This document shows positions 12,501-27,500 of a stretch of DNA of 64,000 nucleotides, in pieces. Under the pieces are notes generated by a model, which was not told the origin of the DNA, did not search any database, and was given only the letters and a program-made list of their open reading frames with translations. The translations under genes and the position numbers were made by a program. Position 1 is the first letter of the stretch. Every line of letters begins with the position of its first letter. Source of the stretch: Podarcis bocagei (taxonomy: Eukaryota); NCBI GenBank assembly GCA_964188305.1, contig OZ076888.1, one strand, 5' to 3'.

Positions 12501-15500
12501 GGCACAGGGCATGTGCGCCACCCCAGGCACCCGATTGACTTGCTCCGCTGCTGATCTGGAGGCATGGTTTATTAACTTTGCAATTGTAGGACATCTAATG
12601 TTTGGGCAGCTTGATGATGATGATGATGATGGCCGTGTTATGTAGAAAAGCTTTAGCATTTGAAAATATCACCAGTGCATCATTTTCTGCATGGAAATAA
12701 CACCGAAGAAAAGCCCTGTTGCTTCAGATCAAAGAGCTACCTGATGCAGCGTCCAATTTCTGTTCGGCTTCTTAAAACCATTGTGGTCAGTCTTAAGACA
12801 TGTTTATTTTACTTACTTATACAATTTAAATAGTGATGATTTCTAAGTGGCTTAACAAGAAAAATTTGCAGTCATAAAATCACATCTAAACTATAAGTGA
12901 TCCATGGTATCAAAATACAGTACAGTACTAATTCACAACACTGATGTTTGGCAGGGGCGGACTTTGCTCTTTCAAATTTCAGCGGAGCCCTGTGCAAGGC
13001 CAAAGTTTGTCACCCTCTCACCTTCTGTTCTGCTCAATTCACTACGTCATAGTTGCAATGCCCTGCAACACCCCTTAGGCTTGGTGCCCAGTGTGGCAGA
13101 ACCGGTCATGCTGCCCTAAGTCCGCCTCTGTGTTTGGTATTAATCAGGAAAAGGAACACTGATGGTAGATTAGGGACACCTTTCTAATTTCATTTTTGCA
13201 TTTGTACATATATGGCTGCATTTGCACATACCACTAAGCCAAATTGCGACTTAGCGCAAATATGCGCCCGTCACACTCCTCCCCAGTCCTTTCAGCTCAG
13301 TGTGGTGCAGCAGGTAAGCCAAAGCATCATCTGAGCCTGAGATCATGCCTAAGTGCTCTCTCCTTCTTAACCATGGGCCAAGGTGTTTGCCTTCCCGTGA
13401 CATACGAACCAGGCCCATGGCTTGTTGCAGTAAGATGTCTCATAGAGGCAGCAACTGGGCTATCTTTAACAGGGCAGGCTCACAGGTCGAAGGAAACCAT
13501 CAGGTTGCCTTTTGAAAAAATGGAAATCTTTCTCCATATTAGCACTGCTTATCTGCTGATTAGATAAGGAAAATACTTGAAGGGCCAGATAATTCTGTAT
13601 TGCCACATCTTTGACAAGCCAATCTTCTCCGTCTGACCGTTAAAGAACCACAAGAGCTTGTCTATCTAGCTCCTGTGTCTGGGAAGCTTATTACCACCTT
13701 TGTCCCAGTCACCTGTTTCAGGTTAAAATTGCCTTCGGGTAAATAGGCAAGGAAGTGTCATAAACTCATGTGGTTTTTTGTCTATTGATTACAAAGTTCC
13801 CAGTGTGATATGACCAGGGCTTTTTTTTCCAGCTGGAACTCTCTGGAACTCAGTTCCGGCACCTCTCAGGAGGGCGTCATTGCCATTATAAGAGAATAAG
13901 GGAGGTATTTGTGGTGAGTTCCAGCACCTCTTTTTCTAGAAAAACAGCACTGCATATGGCAAATCCTGTCCTGAAATATGCAAATCTAGCCTCTGTATCA
14001 AATGATGCATTAATGGCTTTTATTTCAGGGTATCAAGTCTATGGCTTTTATTTCAGGGTATCAAGTCTGTGGGTGCCATAGATACCACAGGCAATGAGTG
14101 TTTGTAGAGCTGCTGGAATATGGCATGAGGACTTATGGGCCTGGCTATGGCAGCTTTCCTAGAAGAAAGCTTCAGTAAGATTGCAATCTAACAGAGCAAT
14201 ACAAACACCCGGTCCACCTTGGCACAGGTTTTCGCTCTGCCAGTGAGAATGCCAGAGTGTGCTTCCCCAAACAGCAGGCTGGCTGTGCTGTTCCATCAAG
14301 CCTTTTGCTGCCACTCTGGCCAGGGTTAAGGATTGTGCCCTATGTTGATTAAAATCAACACTCTGGATGTGCTAGATTCCTCTGTTGCCTCCTGGGTGTT
14401 ACAGAGGATGTTTTATTGTACTTGTAACTTCAAAAACCAAGGGTGCCAACAGGGTATTCTCTATGTGATTTGGACCCTCTGACCCCCACACAAAAGACGA
14501 CACACATTTGCATGTGCTTTGTGTCACTTGCAAATGTATGCCCTCTTTTCAGATAATAAATAAGAGATTCAGATGAACCTTTTCTAGCTGCTGTGCAGGT
14601 TTTTCAGGTTCCTTGGAAGGAGAAACTTCTAAATATTTATACAGGAGGACAAATGTGGGGTTTTGTCGCATTTGTTCTATCCCCGGCACCCCTTCCTTTT
14701 ATTAATATTTCTGATTAAATGCCAAAGGGATTGGTTTCAAATTTCCAGCAGCTTAGTTTCATCCCTGGATGGAGCCAATTAACAAACTAATTATTGAATA
14801 GCTCTTGTAGTCCAGCACCCTGTACAGACAGTAATCAAAGCTTTACTAATTACATGCATTAGGCATCTTAATTTATTGACATACCCATGAAAAATTATCT
14901 GTGTGGTAGCCTAGTTGGTCCTCCTTTCTTAATTACTGGATATTGTGGATAAAAAAAAATGTTTTATGGAGTGCTTCCTTATTATGCAAGTTTTTAAAAT
15001 GGGCCTTTTTTCGAGTGTGGGCAGGGGTAGGCTATCTTAACAGAAAAAGCAGCCTATTTCCAAGTGACTAGCAAGGCCCCATCTGCAGTATAATACCACT
15101 TTAAACTGTCATAGCTTCCCCAAGGAATTCTGGGAACTGTAGTCTGTTCAGGGTTGTTAAGAGGCCATTCTTCCCCTCACAGTTCCTAGAATTCCCTGGG
15201 AAGAGGGTTTGATTGTTAAATCTCTGGTAATTGTAGTTATGTGTGTGGAATAGGGGTCTGTTAACAGCTTTCAGCTCCCTTAAACTACAGTTCCCAGGAT
15301 TCTTTGGGGGAAGCCATAACTGTTTAAAGTGGTATGAAACACTACTCCCTTGGTAGGTTTGTTTAAACACTACTCCTCTGCTAAATGTGCTTAGTATTGC
15401 AGCAACAGTCCCATTGAACTCAAGTGAAGTCAACTTCTATGGGATCGCAGTGTCATTTGCTTAAATGTCAGGACTGTAAATGGAAAAAATAGCTTTACAG

Positions 15501-18500
15501 TGAAGGGTAAGTCCCCACAGTCTACATTTATCTATAAAACTCCCTAGCCAAAAATATTTCTTTTCCTGAAATAGACACAGTCAGACCGGTTAATTGACCA
15601 TGCCATCTCTATAGATAGCACCATGGAACTTTTAGCAGCAGCAATAGATGCAGTTGGTGTTGAAACCAGCAAATCTTCCATTCTTCGCATGATTATTCAG
15701 CTCCTCAGAACCATCCTTCCATTAGCAGCTTGAAAGTAGTAATCATATTTGACACTTGTATAGTGCTTTTAAGTATTCAGAGTGCTTTCACATACATTAC
15801 CCTCTTGTAATCCTTACAATAACATTGTACTGTAAAGTTAGTGTATATTATTAGTCCCCCATATTACAGGTGGGCTGACTGAGCCTGAGAGAGAAAGAGA
15901 CTGGCTTGCCTAAGGCCCCCTTGCGAGTTTGTGGCAGAAGCAAGATCCAAACTTGTGACTTCCTGATCTCTGGCATTGTCTGTTAGCCTCTGCAGTACAT
16001 CAGCTTTGTTCTGTGACGGTCATTCTGATTCTCTGTAAAACAAAAGGCTCTGTAGTGGATATTACTTGGACTCTTAATACCTGCTGACATAACATGCCCA
16101 AAGTGCTAATTGATATCTAAGATCTTGAATGGGATGCTATTTCAATTCTATTGCTTAGGGGCAACCCTAGCAATAATGACAAATAATAAACAACAATGCA
16201 TGGATGGAGATTCAGAATTGGTGAGGCCGTTTCCCCTGGGTTGGGAAGTGGAAACTGACTAATAAACGTTTCTTCTTTTCATTCTGGAAATAAAATACTC
16301 CTCCTGAATTGTTGGAAGTGGTGAAGTGAAGTTTTATGGCTTCTACGCTTGTTTGGACTTGTTGGGCGAGAAGGAAAAGGACTCCTATTGAATCACGTTG
16401 CGAAGCACCTTGCTAATGTATGCTCTAGTAATGCACAGTTAAATAATTCACAGACTAGAAGGTCTTGTCTAAATTCAGTGCTTTGGATTAATGGGAAACT
16501 GGTGCATTCCAGTGGGGAATCCTTAATGGCACCTTAGCTGATGAATCCGTTTTGTGCCTTGGACTCCTGTCACGTGACTTTCTCCCATCCATCCCTTCCT
16601 TCTTGCAGCAGATAATAGTGTGCATCCTTAAGTTGCTCACGTCTTGGGGCTTGCTGTGCATTTCAGAATTTTAAGCCAGGGGATTGGGAACCTCCAGCCC
16701 ACGGGCCTCATCAGACCCACCAGGCCTCCCCCGCTTGATGCCCGGTGTGGGGCAGATAAACACATGACTGGGCTGCGGTTTCCAGACACCCCATGTCAGC
16801 TGATTGTTGGCACCTGCAATGTCCCCTGCACAACCCTTTGCAAGCCCTGTCAATCAGGGGACTGGCGAGGCTTGCAAATAGTGCTCTGCAGGTGCCGACA
16901 ATCAGCTGATCATCGGTGCTTGAAAGGCACAGTGCCTTCATCTGCACCCTTTGATTTTAAGCATTATGGGCAAAAATGGGCCACCTGCTGTCATTGTAAC
17001 ATTGGGTGATACTTGTCAAATTTGGCCTGTAGGGGTTGGGGAAATAAGGATCTGGTCTGTTGGCTGGATCTAAATCTCCACCTCTTTTTTACACTCCACA
17101 CACACCTCGATCTCTAAGGGAATGTCCTAATTCTCGGGAGTAAGAGTATTTTCTACTTGGCTTGAAAGCTTTTGCTATTGAATGCCCCCTTCCATGTTCA
17201 TCTGGTTCCAGGCTGATGCAGTTGGCACAGCTGCTCCTACCAGGTTCCCACCCTCTGATCTGCTGGGCACCTCTATTTATCTCATAGCCCCCACTCTCTT
17301 TAAGTCTTGAGCCTCAAAATACCTGGAAACCCTATGCTTTGCACTTCTACATAACTCTAAATGTGTTGAACGGTGGGAAGCACATACAGGTCATTAAATT
17401 TGTGCTTGTGTGTTTATGTTGTGGTTAATGTGCATAACAAAAATGTGTGACACCGAAGGTGTGAGTCTTCATAACGTATATAAATTCAAGGGCCTTGACT
17501 GTTCTGCTTTTCCACATAAGATTTGTTGCTTGAGTATATCTGTCTTAATCCTTGTGTAACAAAACTGCTTTGAGGAAGTGGCTTTAACAGTTTTGAGATA
17601 TTGGTAACCACATCTCCCTCCTGGGTTTCTTCTCTCTGGCCAGAAATTGTTGGAGATGAGGGCTGAGCCAAGAAAAATACTAGAATCCCATAATGTTTGT
17701 TTATAGTATTCTAAAACGTTAGGATCAGATAAGCTCCATAACATCTTAGAAAACCAATTCTGCTGTTGCGTCAAGGATGGAGTAACTTTTGAAACAGAGT
17801 CCTAGCCAAAAAGTTGTCTTTAAAGTTATTTATGTTAAAAGCAACAACAACAACACTGCTAAGGCAAAATTGTGTCCTTAGTTGTTATAGATCTGCACCA
17901 TGGTTCTTGCTTTTGCCAGAGTAAAATATATTTTCATATCTGTGCACTCGCTGCCATTTTAAGTTTAAGGCAGGAGAAAGCAATGCTTGGTCTGCAGCCC
18001 CAGACACACTTTTAATTGGTAAGTCCCATTGGACTCAGTGGGGCTCACCTCTGAGACTTCCCCAGACTGGTTCCCTCCGATGTTGGCCAGGGATGATGGG
18101 CATTTACATTCCAAAAGACATTAAGAGTATCAGCTTGGAGAGTCTCTAGTGCAGGGGTAGGCAACCTGAGGCCCGGGGGCTGGATGTGGCCCAATTGCCT
18201 TCTCAATCCAGTCTGTGGACAGTCTGGGAATCAGCGTGTTTTTACAGGAATAGAATGTGTCCTTTTATTTAAAATGCATCTATGGGTTATTTGTGGGGCA
18301 TAGGAATTTGTTCACCCCCCCAAAAAAAGATATAGTCTGGCCCACCACATGGTCTGAGGGATGGTGGACTGGCCCACAGCTGAAAAAGGTTGCTGACCCC
18401 TGCTCTAGTGGATTGGGGTTTTTTGTCTCTACCAGATGTGATCCTCTTAACCATAAAGTTTAAAAGCAAAGAGATGTCAGCCTCTTACCCATAAAGCCTC

Positions 18501-21500
18501 TTATTCATCTTTGTCCCCAGGATCTGGCAATCAGAGGTGTCTACCCCCTGCAAATGTCCTTCCTAGCTAATAGGCTTTAGTAGACCTATCCTTTCTGAAC
18601 ATTTCTCATCCTTTCGATTGTCATTTTATAATAATGAAGTGGAAGAATAAATGTCCGCCCACTCCAGTTAAGGCTTCCAATATACCAATGACATTAATTA
18701 TATGAATTTGCAACATTCAAGTTTCTAATAGTGCCCTCTGTACTGAGGTACTTGCTTTATTGAAAGGAAATGAGAGAATGCAGAAGGAATGAATAAGCTC
18801 TTGGTTTTCAGAAGCTTCTTATGCCAAGTGGAAAATTTTGGGAGGACAGACATTCTGCTTTTATACAGTGGGCCTATTTTTTTTTAAGTGTACATACAAA
18901 CAGCCAGAAAAAAATCCACTATGCACTTCTAACCTGAAACTTGGAAGAATTCATTCTTAATTAAAACAACAACCGTGCTTAATTAGAGTTCCCTCTCTCT
19001 TTCTCTTCTAATTTTAAAAATAAGAGTAATAAAAAGATGATTTCATCGTTGAGTTTAGAAGTTCACAGTTTTGTAACACCCTGAAACTATGGCTGTGGTG
19101 ATGAATTGGACCACAGATGTCAGAAGGTCAATGTTTTGCTGGTATTTAAACCAGATTATTTAAACCAGATGTTTCAATATATGCACAGCATTATTTGCTA
19201 ATTATTAATATTTTTCATTATTGTTCAGCTCTATGCAGACCATTAAACACTTACAAAGCACCTGAAATTATCTAAGCATTTTATACGTATCAGAAGATAA
19301 GAGAGTACCTGCCTGCAGGCCCACAATCTAATAGCCACGATACAAAAGGAAAAAGGAATAGGGAGGGAAGAGGAAAGCAAGCGTTAGGGCAGCTTCTTCT
19401 GCACTTGCCAATGGATGGGACCAGGTTTTACTCCCCATTGGCATGATATTCTTTATAAGAGACAAGGTACAGCCTCCCAGTGCCCTTAATGTCCTGGCTG
19501 GTGGGAGAGGTCAGAGAGTATGCCTCCCTTTGATTCCACAGTCCTGTGGCAATTGAGAGTAACTAGCCTTATTAGGAGTAACTAGCCTTATTAAGTAACT
19601 AGCCTTATTAAGAGGAGACTCTTGGGAGTCCCATGAACTGCAAGAAGATCAAACCTCTCCATTCTGAAGGAAATCAGCCCTGAGTGCTCACTGGAAGGAC
19701 AGATCATGAAGCTGAGGCTCCAATACTTTGGCCAACTCATGAGAAGAGAAGACTCCCTGGAAAAGACCCTGATGTTGGGAAAGATGGAGGGCACAAGGAG
19801 AAGGGGACGACAGAGGACGAGATGGTTGGACAGTGTTCTTGAAGCTACCAGCATGAGTTTGACCAAACTGCAGGAGGCAGTTGAAGACAGGAGTGCCTGG
19901 TGTGCTCTGGTCTATGGGGTCACAAAGAATCGGACACAACTAAATGACTAAACAACAACAGCCTTATTATTACATATCATTATTAGTTGTTACTGCTTTG
20001 GGTTTCAGAGGGCAGGACCAGTCCCTGGCATCTCCAAAAAGTGTATTAAAACTTTGGGGAATTTTCCATGATCCTATTATAATCAAGCTAAAACATAAGA
20101 TAGTAGTTTCATTTTTTAAAACTAACTTTTCATTATTTACACATAGGGAATAATTGCTTTTGTGATCTTCAGGGTAAAATTCCCGCTAAAATCAATCAAT
20201 AATTTTAAAGTGAGGAGTATTGTCACCATAGTCTGTTTGCACATTTCCACAGGACACTGAGGGAAGTACAGTTGGGAGGCAGAATGCTGAAATGGCAAAA
20301 TTGTTTCGTTCCAGAAACAGCACCATCTTAACACTGCGCAAAGTGTGCCGATTCTTGCCGAACCGAGTATAGAGACTTGGAAACACAGCTGTTCAGGTCA
20401 TTCCTAGCAGCGTTTCTTTAATTTAAGTTTGTAAGGATGAAACAGGTTGATGGGTTTAGGACAAGCTGAGCAGCTGTCCTAAGTTAAGGTAGGGCTGTTG
20501 TGTAAGTGAAATGAATACAAACCACCCTCTGAGATGGAATTTAATAAATTGGAGGCTGCTGTCCGGCACATTTAAGCTTGCTTAAATTCCGCTGAAGTCA
20601 ATGGGGAGAACCAAGGAAGGATGAGGATGCGACCTCTGGGTTATTATTGGGGGATATGGTTCAGAACACCACATCTCATTTTCTTTGCAACATCAGGTCA
20701 TAAGAACAATAGGAGAGCTTTGCTGGATCAGACCAAAGGCCTGTCAAATCCAGCACATTGGTCAGCCAGGGAAACCCACAAGCAGGGCATGTCTATCTCC
20801 CGTTTTTGTTCCCCAGGGAACTTGTACGCAGAGTCATGCTTCCTCTGATCCTGAAGGTAGCATTCAGCTGTCTTGACTAGTAAAGGTAAAGGGACCCCCG
20901 ACCGTTAGGTCCAGTCGCGGACAACTCTGGGTTGCAGCGCTCATCTCACTTTACTGGCCGAGGGAGCTGGCGTACAGCTTCTGGGTCATGTGGCCAGCAT
21001 AACTAAGCCACTTCTGGCGAACCAGAGCAGCGCATGGAAACACCGTTTACCTTCCCGCTGGAGTGGTACCTATTTATCTACTACACTTTGACGTGCTTTC
21101 GAACTGCTAGGTTGGCAGGAGCAGGGACCGAGCAACAGGAGCTCACCCCGTTGCTGGGATTCGAATTGCCGACATTCTGATTGGCAAGGCCTACGCTCAG
21201 TGGTTTAGACCACAGTGCCACCCATGTCCCGTCATAACTAGTACCCTTCGCTTTATCCCCTAGTAATTTGTAAGTAAAGGTAAAGGACCCCTGGACGGTT
21301 AAGTCCAGTTGATGGTGACTATGGGTTGCAGCACCCATCTTGCTTTTCAGGCTGAGAGAGCCGGCGTTTGTCCACAGATAGCTTTCCATGTCATGTGCCC
21401 AGCATGACAAAACTGCTTCTGCCGCAACAGAACACCATGACAGAACCAGAGCGCACGGAAACATTGTTTGCCTTCCTGCCACAGTGGTACCTATTTCTCT

Positions 21501-24500
21501 ACTTGCACTGGCATGCTTTTGAACTGCTAGGTTGGCAGGAGCTGGGACAGAGCAACGGGAGCTCACCCCGTCACAGGGATTCGAACCGCCAACCTCCCGA
21601 TCGGCAAGCCCAAGAGACTCAGACCACAGCACCACCTGTGTCCCCTGTACCTTTTTATAAGATTTCTTAGCTGTCCTTCACCACAGGGCAAGTTACAACA
21701 ATGAAAGATGCAGTGATAAAAACAAATAAGGCGGTAAAGCCATCGCAGCTCAAGCCAGAACAATATAGATTCGACAAAAGTTGGGGGTCCTGTAAAACCA
21801 AATGCCTTAGGGTTGTATCCAAAGCAGTGACTCATTATGTTAGTGCAAGGATTTACAGTTTCACAGCTGAGCACCCCCTCTCTCCTCCCCCTATGCACCC
21901 CCTAAACTTGTTCTTGTGGTTTCCCGCACTTTAGAACAGATTGGGGAAAGCTGCAGGGGGAGAACATAAGAAGAGCTTCCTGGATCAGGCCAATGACTCA
22001 TCTAGTCCAGCATTCTGTTCTTACAGAGGACACAAGGAAACTTGCAGACAGGACCTGAGCACAAGAAGAAAAAAACCCCACCATAGTCTCCAGCTACTGG
22101 GACTCAGAAACATTACTGTCTTTGACTGGAGACAGAGAACAGCCATCACAGGGAGTGGGGAAGTTCTTTTGCATTGGATACCACCCTTAACTGTCAAAAG
22201 GCCAGAGTGAAGAGGTGCATCCACAACATACGATGGAAGCTATGTAAGGAAAATACTAGGTGCCTCTCAGCAGGGCCTTCTTTGCTTTCCTTAACCCCGG
22301 TAGGAAAGGAGGTGGCCTTTCAGATAGTTGGGTCGTATGCTGTTGAAGGAACACAGCGTCTACTGAATCAGACCATTGGTCCATCTACCTTGGTATTGTC
22401 TAAATGAACGGGGAATTTTGGAATTTCAGACAGAGGGCAGTCCCTCTGAAGATTTCAAGGATTGAACCTGCTCATACCACAGAGTTACCCTACATCAAGC
22501 AGATAAGAGCCAGTGTGGTGTAGTGGTTAAGAGCGGTACACTCATAATCTGGGGAACCGGGTTTGCATCTCCGCTCCTCCACATGCAGCTGCTGGGTGAC
22601 CTTGGGCTAGTCACACTTCTCTGAAGTCTCTCAGCCCCACTCACCTCACAGAGTGTTTGTTGTGGGGGAGGAAGGGAAAGGAGATTGTTAGCCGCTTTGG
22701 GTAGTGATAAAGCAGGATATCAAATCCAAACTATTAGGAAGCTGCCTAGTACTGCATCAGACCAGTGTTCCAACCACCTCAGTATTGTCCACACGGACTG
22801 GCAGCAGTGACTCTCCAGGGTTTCGTACACCTGTCTAACTTGGAGGCAATCAGCACATCTTGGGGTGTTCTGTGACCCCCCACCCCCCTTACTTAAGAAT
22901 CACTGAGTGAATTATTCACATAATATGATAATTTGCAATCAAGTCACATCTACTGGGGGGGGGGTTGTGGCAGAGAGGTGGGAGAAGAAAAAGGCTTTTA
23001 ATTTTCAATTCCATTGTGTTCTTTTCCTCCCCTCGCCCATGCTCCAATTAAAGGGTGGAAAGAATGCATAATCAGATTGAAGATAATTCTGACTTTTCTT
23101 GATTTATTGCTAGTTCACTTGGCATGTATTGACTGTGTGTTGATGTGTGATTAGGTTTATCATCCCTTTGGGCCGCCATTGACTGCTGCCAACTGATTTT
23201 TCCCTGTGTATAATGCCAGACCTTCGTATCCCTTTTCCCTCCCGCATTGCACTATGTACATAAGCAGAAGGGGAGGAAAAACTGCTTCCATTATATGCGT
23301 TTTTAAAACACACACATCTGGAATCTTTAAATGATTGCAGCATCTTTCAGTTTAGACAGTTAAAAAAAGCTACGTCTTTTGAAACCAGGCAGCAATTATG
23401 TGAGGATTGCGAAAAGGTTTTAGCACCCTAATGGCCTCATCCTGTCTTCTGAAAAGAGGAAGTTGCCTTATACCATATCATTTGTCCATTGAACTCCAGT
23501 GTGGTGTAATGGTTAGGGTGTCCAACAAGGATCTGGGAGACCAGGGTCCAAATCTAATCTCTGTCATGAAGCTCCTTGGGTGACCATGAGTCAATTCACT
23601 GCCTCTTAGCCTCCCAGGCTTGCTGTGAGGATAGAATGAGGAGGGGAAAAGTCATTCATGCTGTGACCTTGAGCTTCTTGGTGGAAAGAAGGGAAAGAAA
23701 TCTAATGAAGAAACAAACGGACAGACTTGGTATTGTCTACACTGACTGGCAGCAGTTGGGTCTTTCTCAGTGCTACCTGGAGATGATCTAGGGACCTTCT
23801 GTATGCAAGGCAGATGTTTTGCCACTCAGCTTTGGCCCTTCTAGGGTCTAGAAGCCAAGCCTTATGAGGAACGGTCGAAGGAGCTTGGGTATGTTTAGCC
23901 TGGGAAAGAGGAGACTGAGGGGAGATATGATAGCCATTGTCAAATATCTGAAGGGCTGTCACATGGAGGATGGAGCCAGCTTGTTTTTTCCTGCTCTGGA
24001 AGGTAGGACTCGAATCAATGGCTTCAAGTTGCGGGAAAGCAGATTCCGAATAGACATACGAAAAAACTTTCTGGTGGTATGAGCTGTTCTGACAGTGGAA
24101 CAGTCTCCCTCGGGAGGTTGTGGACTTTCCTTCCTTGGAGGCTTTTAAACAGAGGTTGGGTGGCCATCTGTCATGGATGCTTTAGCTGAGATTCCCCGCA
24201 TTGCAGGGGGTTGGACTAGATGACCCTTGGGCCCAATTATGTGAGTTCAGAGTGCACCAGAAAGCTAAAGAAAGGAAGTTCATTCAAATGGTTAACACAG
24301 ATGGTTTGTTCTTGTAATGCTATCAGGTTGTAAAGGTGGGAAGCTTTTGGCTACATGGATGCATGCAACCTGTAATTTCCCAAAGGCCACATTGTCGATG
24401 CACAAATTGCATGGTTTGTGCAACTTCACTGATAGTTCCTGAGAACTTTCTTTTGCTGATTTTGTTAAGGATTCCTTCCCTCCTATTCCTTGTACATTCG

Positions 24501-27500
24501 TTTATTATTATTATTTTTCAAAATGGATACACACACATATTTTGTTACCTGTTGAACTACTCCTCATTTACATCCAGTTTATTTATTTTTTCCTTTTTCA
24601 GTTGTATATGAGCACCGGTCAAGATTAGAGAAATCTTTGCAGAAAGAAAGGCTTGAACATAAGAAAGCAAAAGAAGGTAAAAGATTTTACTTTTCACAAA
24701 AAGAAAAAGGATAGGAAACAGGAGAAATGTTGTTCCTACTTGTATTCTTATTACAGGAACACTGTGTTGCATTCAGGGCCATCACGGTTTTCAAGACTCC
24801 TTTAAAATAGGTTATGCTTTGCCAAACATTTTTGAAAATAAGAATTGGCTATTTTGCTTCGGAGCGATCAGATCTCTGGAGTTTCTTAATGAGTTTTTAC
24901 TGCCATCTAGTGGATAAGGACAACAGCAACAAAACTCCATCTGACTATATGAGTGTTTTCCCAAAATAAAGTTTTGATTCTTGCACTCAAAAACACATTT
25001 ATATTTCTACAGTTAATACCTATGGATATATTTCCTGGCCAGTACTCAGAACAATAGGCAAACACTCTTTGCAGATTATGGCATAATTCAGGTAACAGTG
25101 TCTCCTGGCATCCCATTATAACCATTGCTCATTCGGCTAGGGCTGTGCTTTCTGGGTCATGTTGGCACTTCTGAGATACCACAGCATCTCTGAGTTGTAG
25201 CACAGGCTTAATAAGTCAGTCCTGGTATATCCTTATTCCAGTGGTGGGTTTCAGGCCCCCCAGGTTTCTGGATTTGGCCTGTGAGGCTGTTTTGGATAAG
25301 TCCATGCCCACCTTCCCAAGCCTGATTTGCCCTCCCAGTTCTTCCTTTGCAGCTGTGGCTTTAATATTTCTGTGTGTGATGGGAAATCCCTGATGTCACG
25401 GCACATGCCTGGCATCCCATGCTGTCGGGGCAAATGACAGGTGATTGGCTCCGCCCACTTGGGTCTGTGGTTGATCGGGGTTCCTATCTCCATATTGGAA
25501 ACCCTAAGGACAAGTAAACCTTCCCACTAACATGGATTATGTGTTGCTTGTGTCCATGCATGTAGCATAATTGTGGAGACTTGGTTTGTCCCAGGTGCTC
25601 TCACTTGCCTCTTTACGTGTGCACAACAAATGCCTGAAGAAGACTCTCCTAGTAGCTGAATGTGTAAACCAACAGCCTCAGCAGAGTCCGTAGCAAAAGG
25701 TTGTATTCAGCTCACGAGAAGACCCATTGACATTAATGGCCCTAAGTTAGCAATGTCTGTTAATTTTAGTGGGGCTACTCTGAATAGGACTTAGTTACAC
25801 TGACTTAAAATAATGCAATGCTATGATTAATGAACAACGCTTTCATTGGACTGAGATACCCAGAGGGACTCTTGAACTTGTCTTTCTTGATCACGGATGA
25901 CCTAAATGGAGATGAACAATGAATTCACCTTTCTGTATTGTTGAAGAGATTTTCTGCATTTCTTTTGTCTGGGGGAGAGATGCAGAAGGTTTCTTCCTCA
26001 AAACAGCAAGATGGTTTCATTGTTCAGCCTGTTTAGGCCATCTTTCCAATTAGCAACTCATCTTCCTAATTAGGGATATAGCAGATTAGACTGATACCAC
26101 CTGTATGCAGAGATGTTTTGACTTTGTCTCTTGGATGTGTTTTATTGTTTTTGCAGTTGATTTATTGTATGCCTTTTAAATGTTTAAACACATTGCATGC
26201 CGCCCTGATAGCTGTATAGATGGAGATTATAAATATAAATAGACTTTAGCCTTTTAACATCATTTTCTCTTCCTTTTTGTTTTTTAGACTTTCTTGTTTA
26301 TAAATTAGAAGCACAAGAAACACTAAATAAAGGAAGGGTAAGTGAAGTAATGAACAAGATGTTTCTGCTTATTGCATAAGCTGAACTGATAATAGAGTTA
26401 TGAATGCTCTTAACATTTAACCTGTTCCAAGGTATGAAGAAAAAGGAAAACATACATAATTATAATTCACAAGAAATAAGATTACTTGGAGGTTGACTTG
26501 TCCTACGAGGCTTAAGGAGTCTTATTAAACAAATTCACAAAGGATAAGGCTATCCAATGGTTACTGAGGTTTCCCCCTGGTAGATTTGCTGGGTCTGTTT
26601 CTTGCTTCAGAAAAAGTGTTTTTTCCCCCAGACCAATTTAATTTGGAGGGGGCGATTTTTGGACGCTTGAAGTTAAACAGCGGGAGCTTTTGATTCCCTT
26701 CCTACAGACATGGAGACAAAGGGGAAGTGCAGCTTGCATGTTCTGAAGGTGGAGAGTGATGTCGGGATGTCTAAGAAAATTGCTGAGGCTTTGCTACTGC
26801 TTCCACTCCAGAGTTTGACACCTTTGTAGCTCAATGGCGGAGGATCTGCTTTGCTTGCAGGAAGTCTTGGGTTCAACCCCTGGGATCACTAAGTTGGGCT
26901 GGGCATGAAACTCGGAAGAGCTACTATCAGTCAATACAGACCGTTGTGAACTAAAAGGACCTATAAACTTTCTCTATTCTTCTGTGTTCTGCCTCCATCT
27001 TGGGGGGTTAAAGTTGGCCTGTTGTTTGTGGGAAATCTGCAACTTGAAGATGTCCTGTGCCCTGCGAGCCTGATACATGGGCAGCCCTATAAGTAGATCC
27101 ATGGGCAAGTTCAGAGTTTCCTAGTATTATAATTTACAGAGAGGTACTGTAGCTATGCAGGAAGCCGCTGAGTATGTCAGCTAACTATATATGACTCTTT
27201 TTGTTTTGCAGCAAGATTCCAATAGCAGATATGGAGCACTGAATGTGCAACACCAGATGTTGAAGGTAGATACATGGATCTTCTTAAGCATCCTGTCTTA
27301 ACAGGGAAGTTAGAAAAAGATGACAACTTTTTGCTTCCAGTCCTAGTTGGCATTTTGGGGAAATGGATGTCTCCAACACCAATAGACCTTCTGGGTGTCA
27401 AGAGAAGGCCTTGGTTGCAAAATGTTTGCTTCCCGGTGATTGTGTGCAAAATTTTAAACTGTTCTGGAACATGTGTACCCCAGCAGCTGCCTTAATCTTC

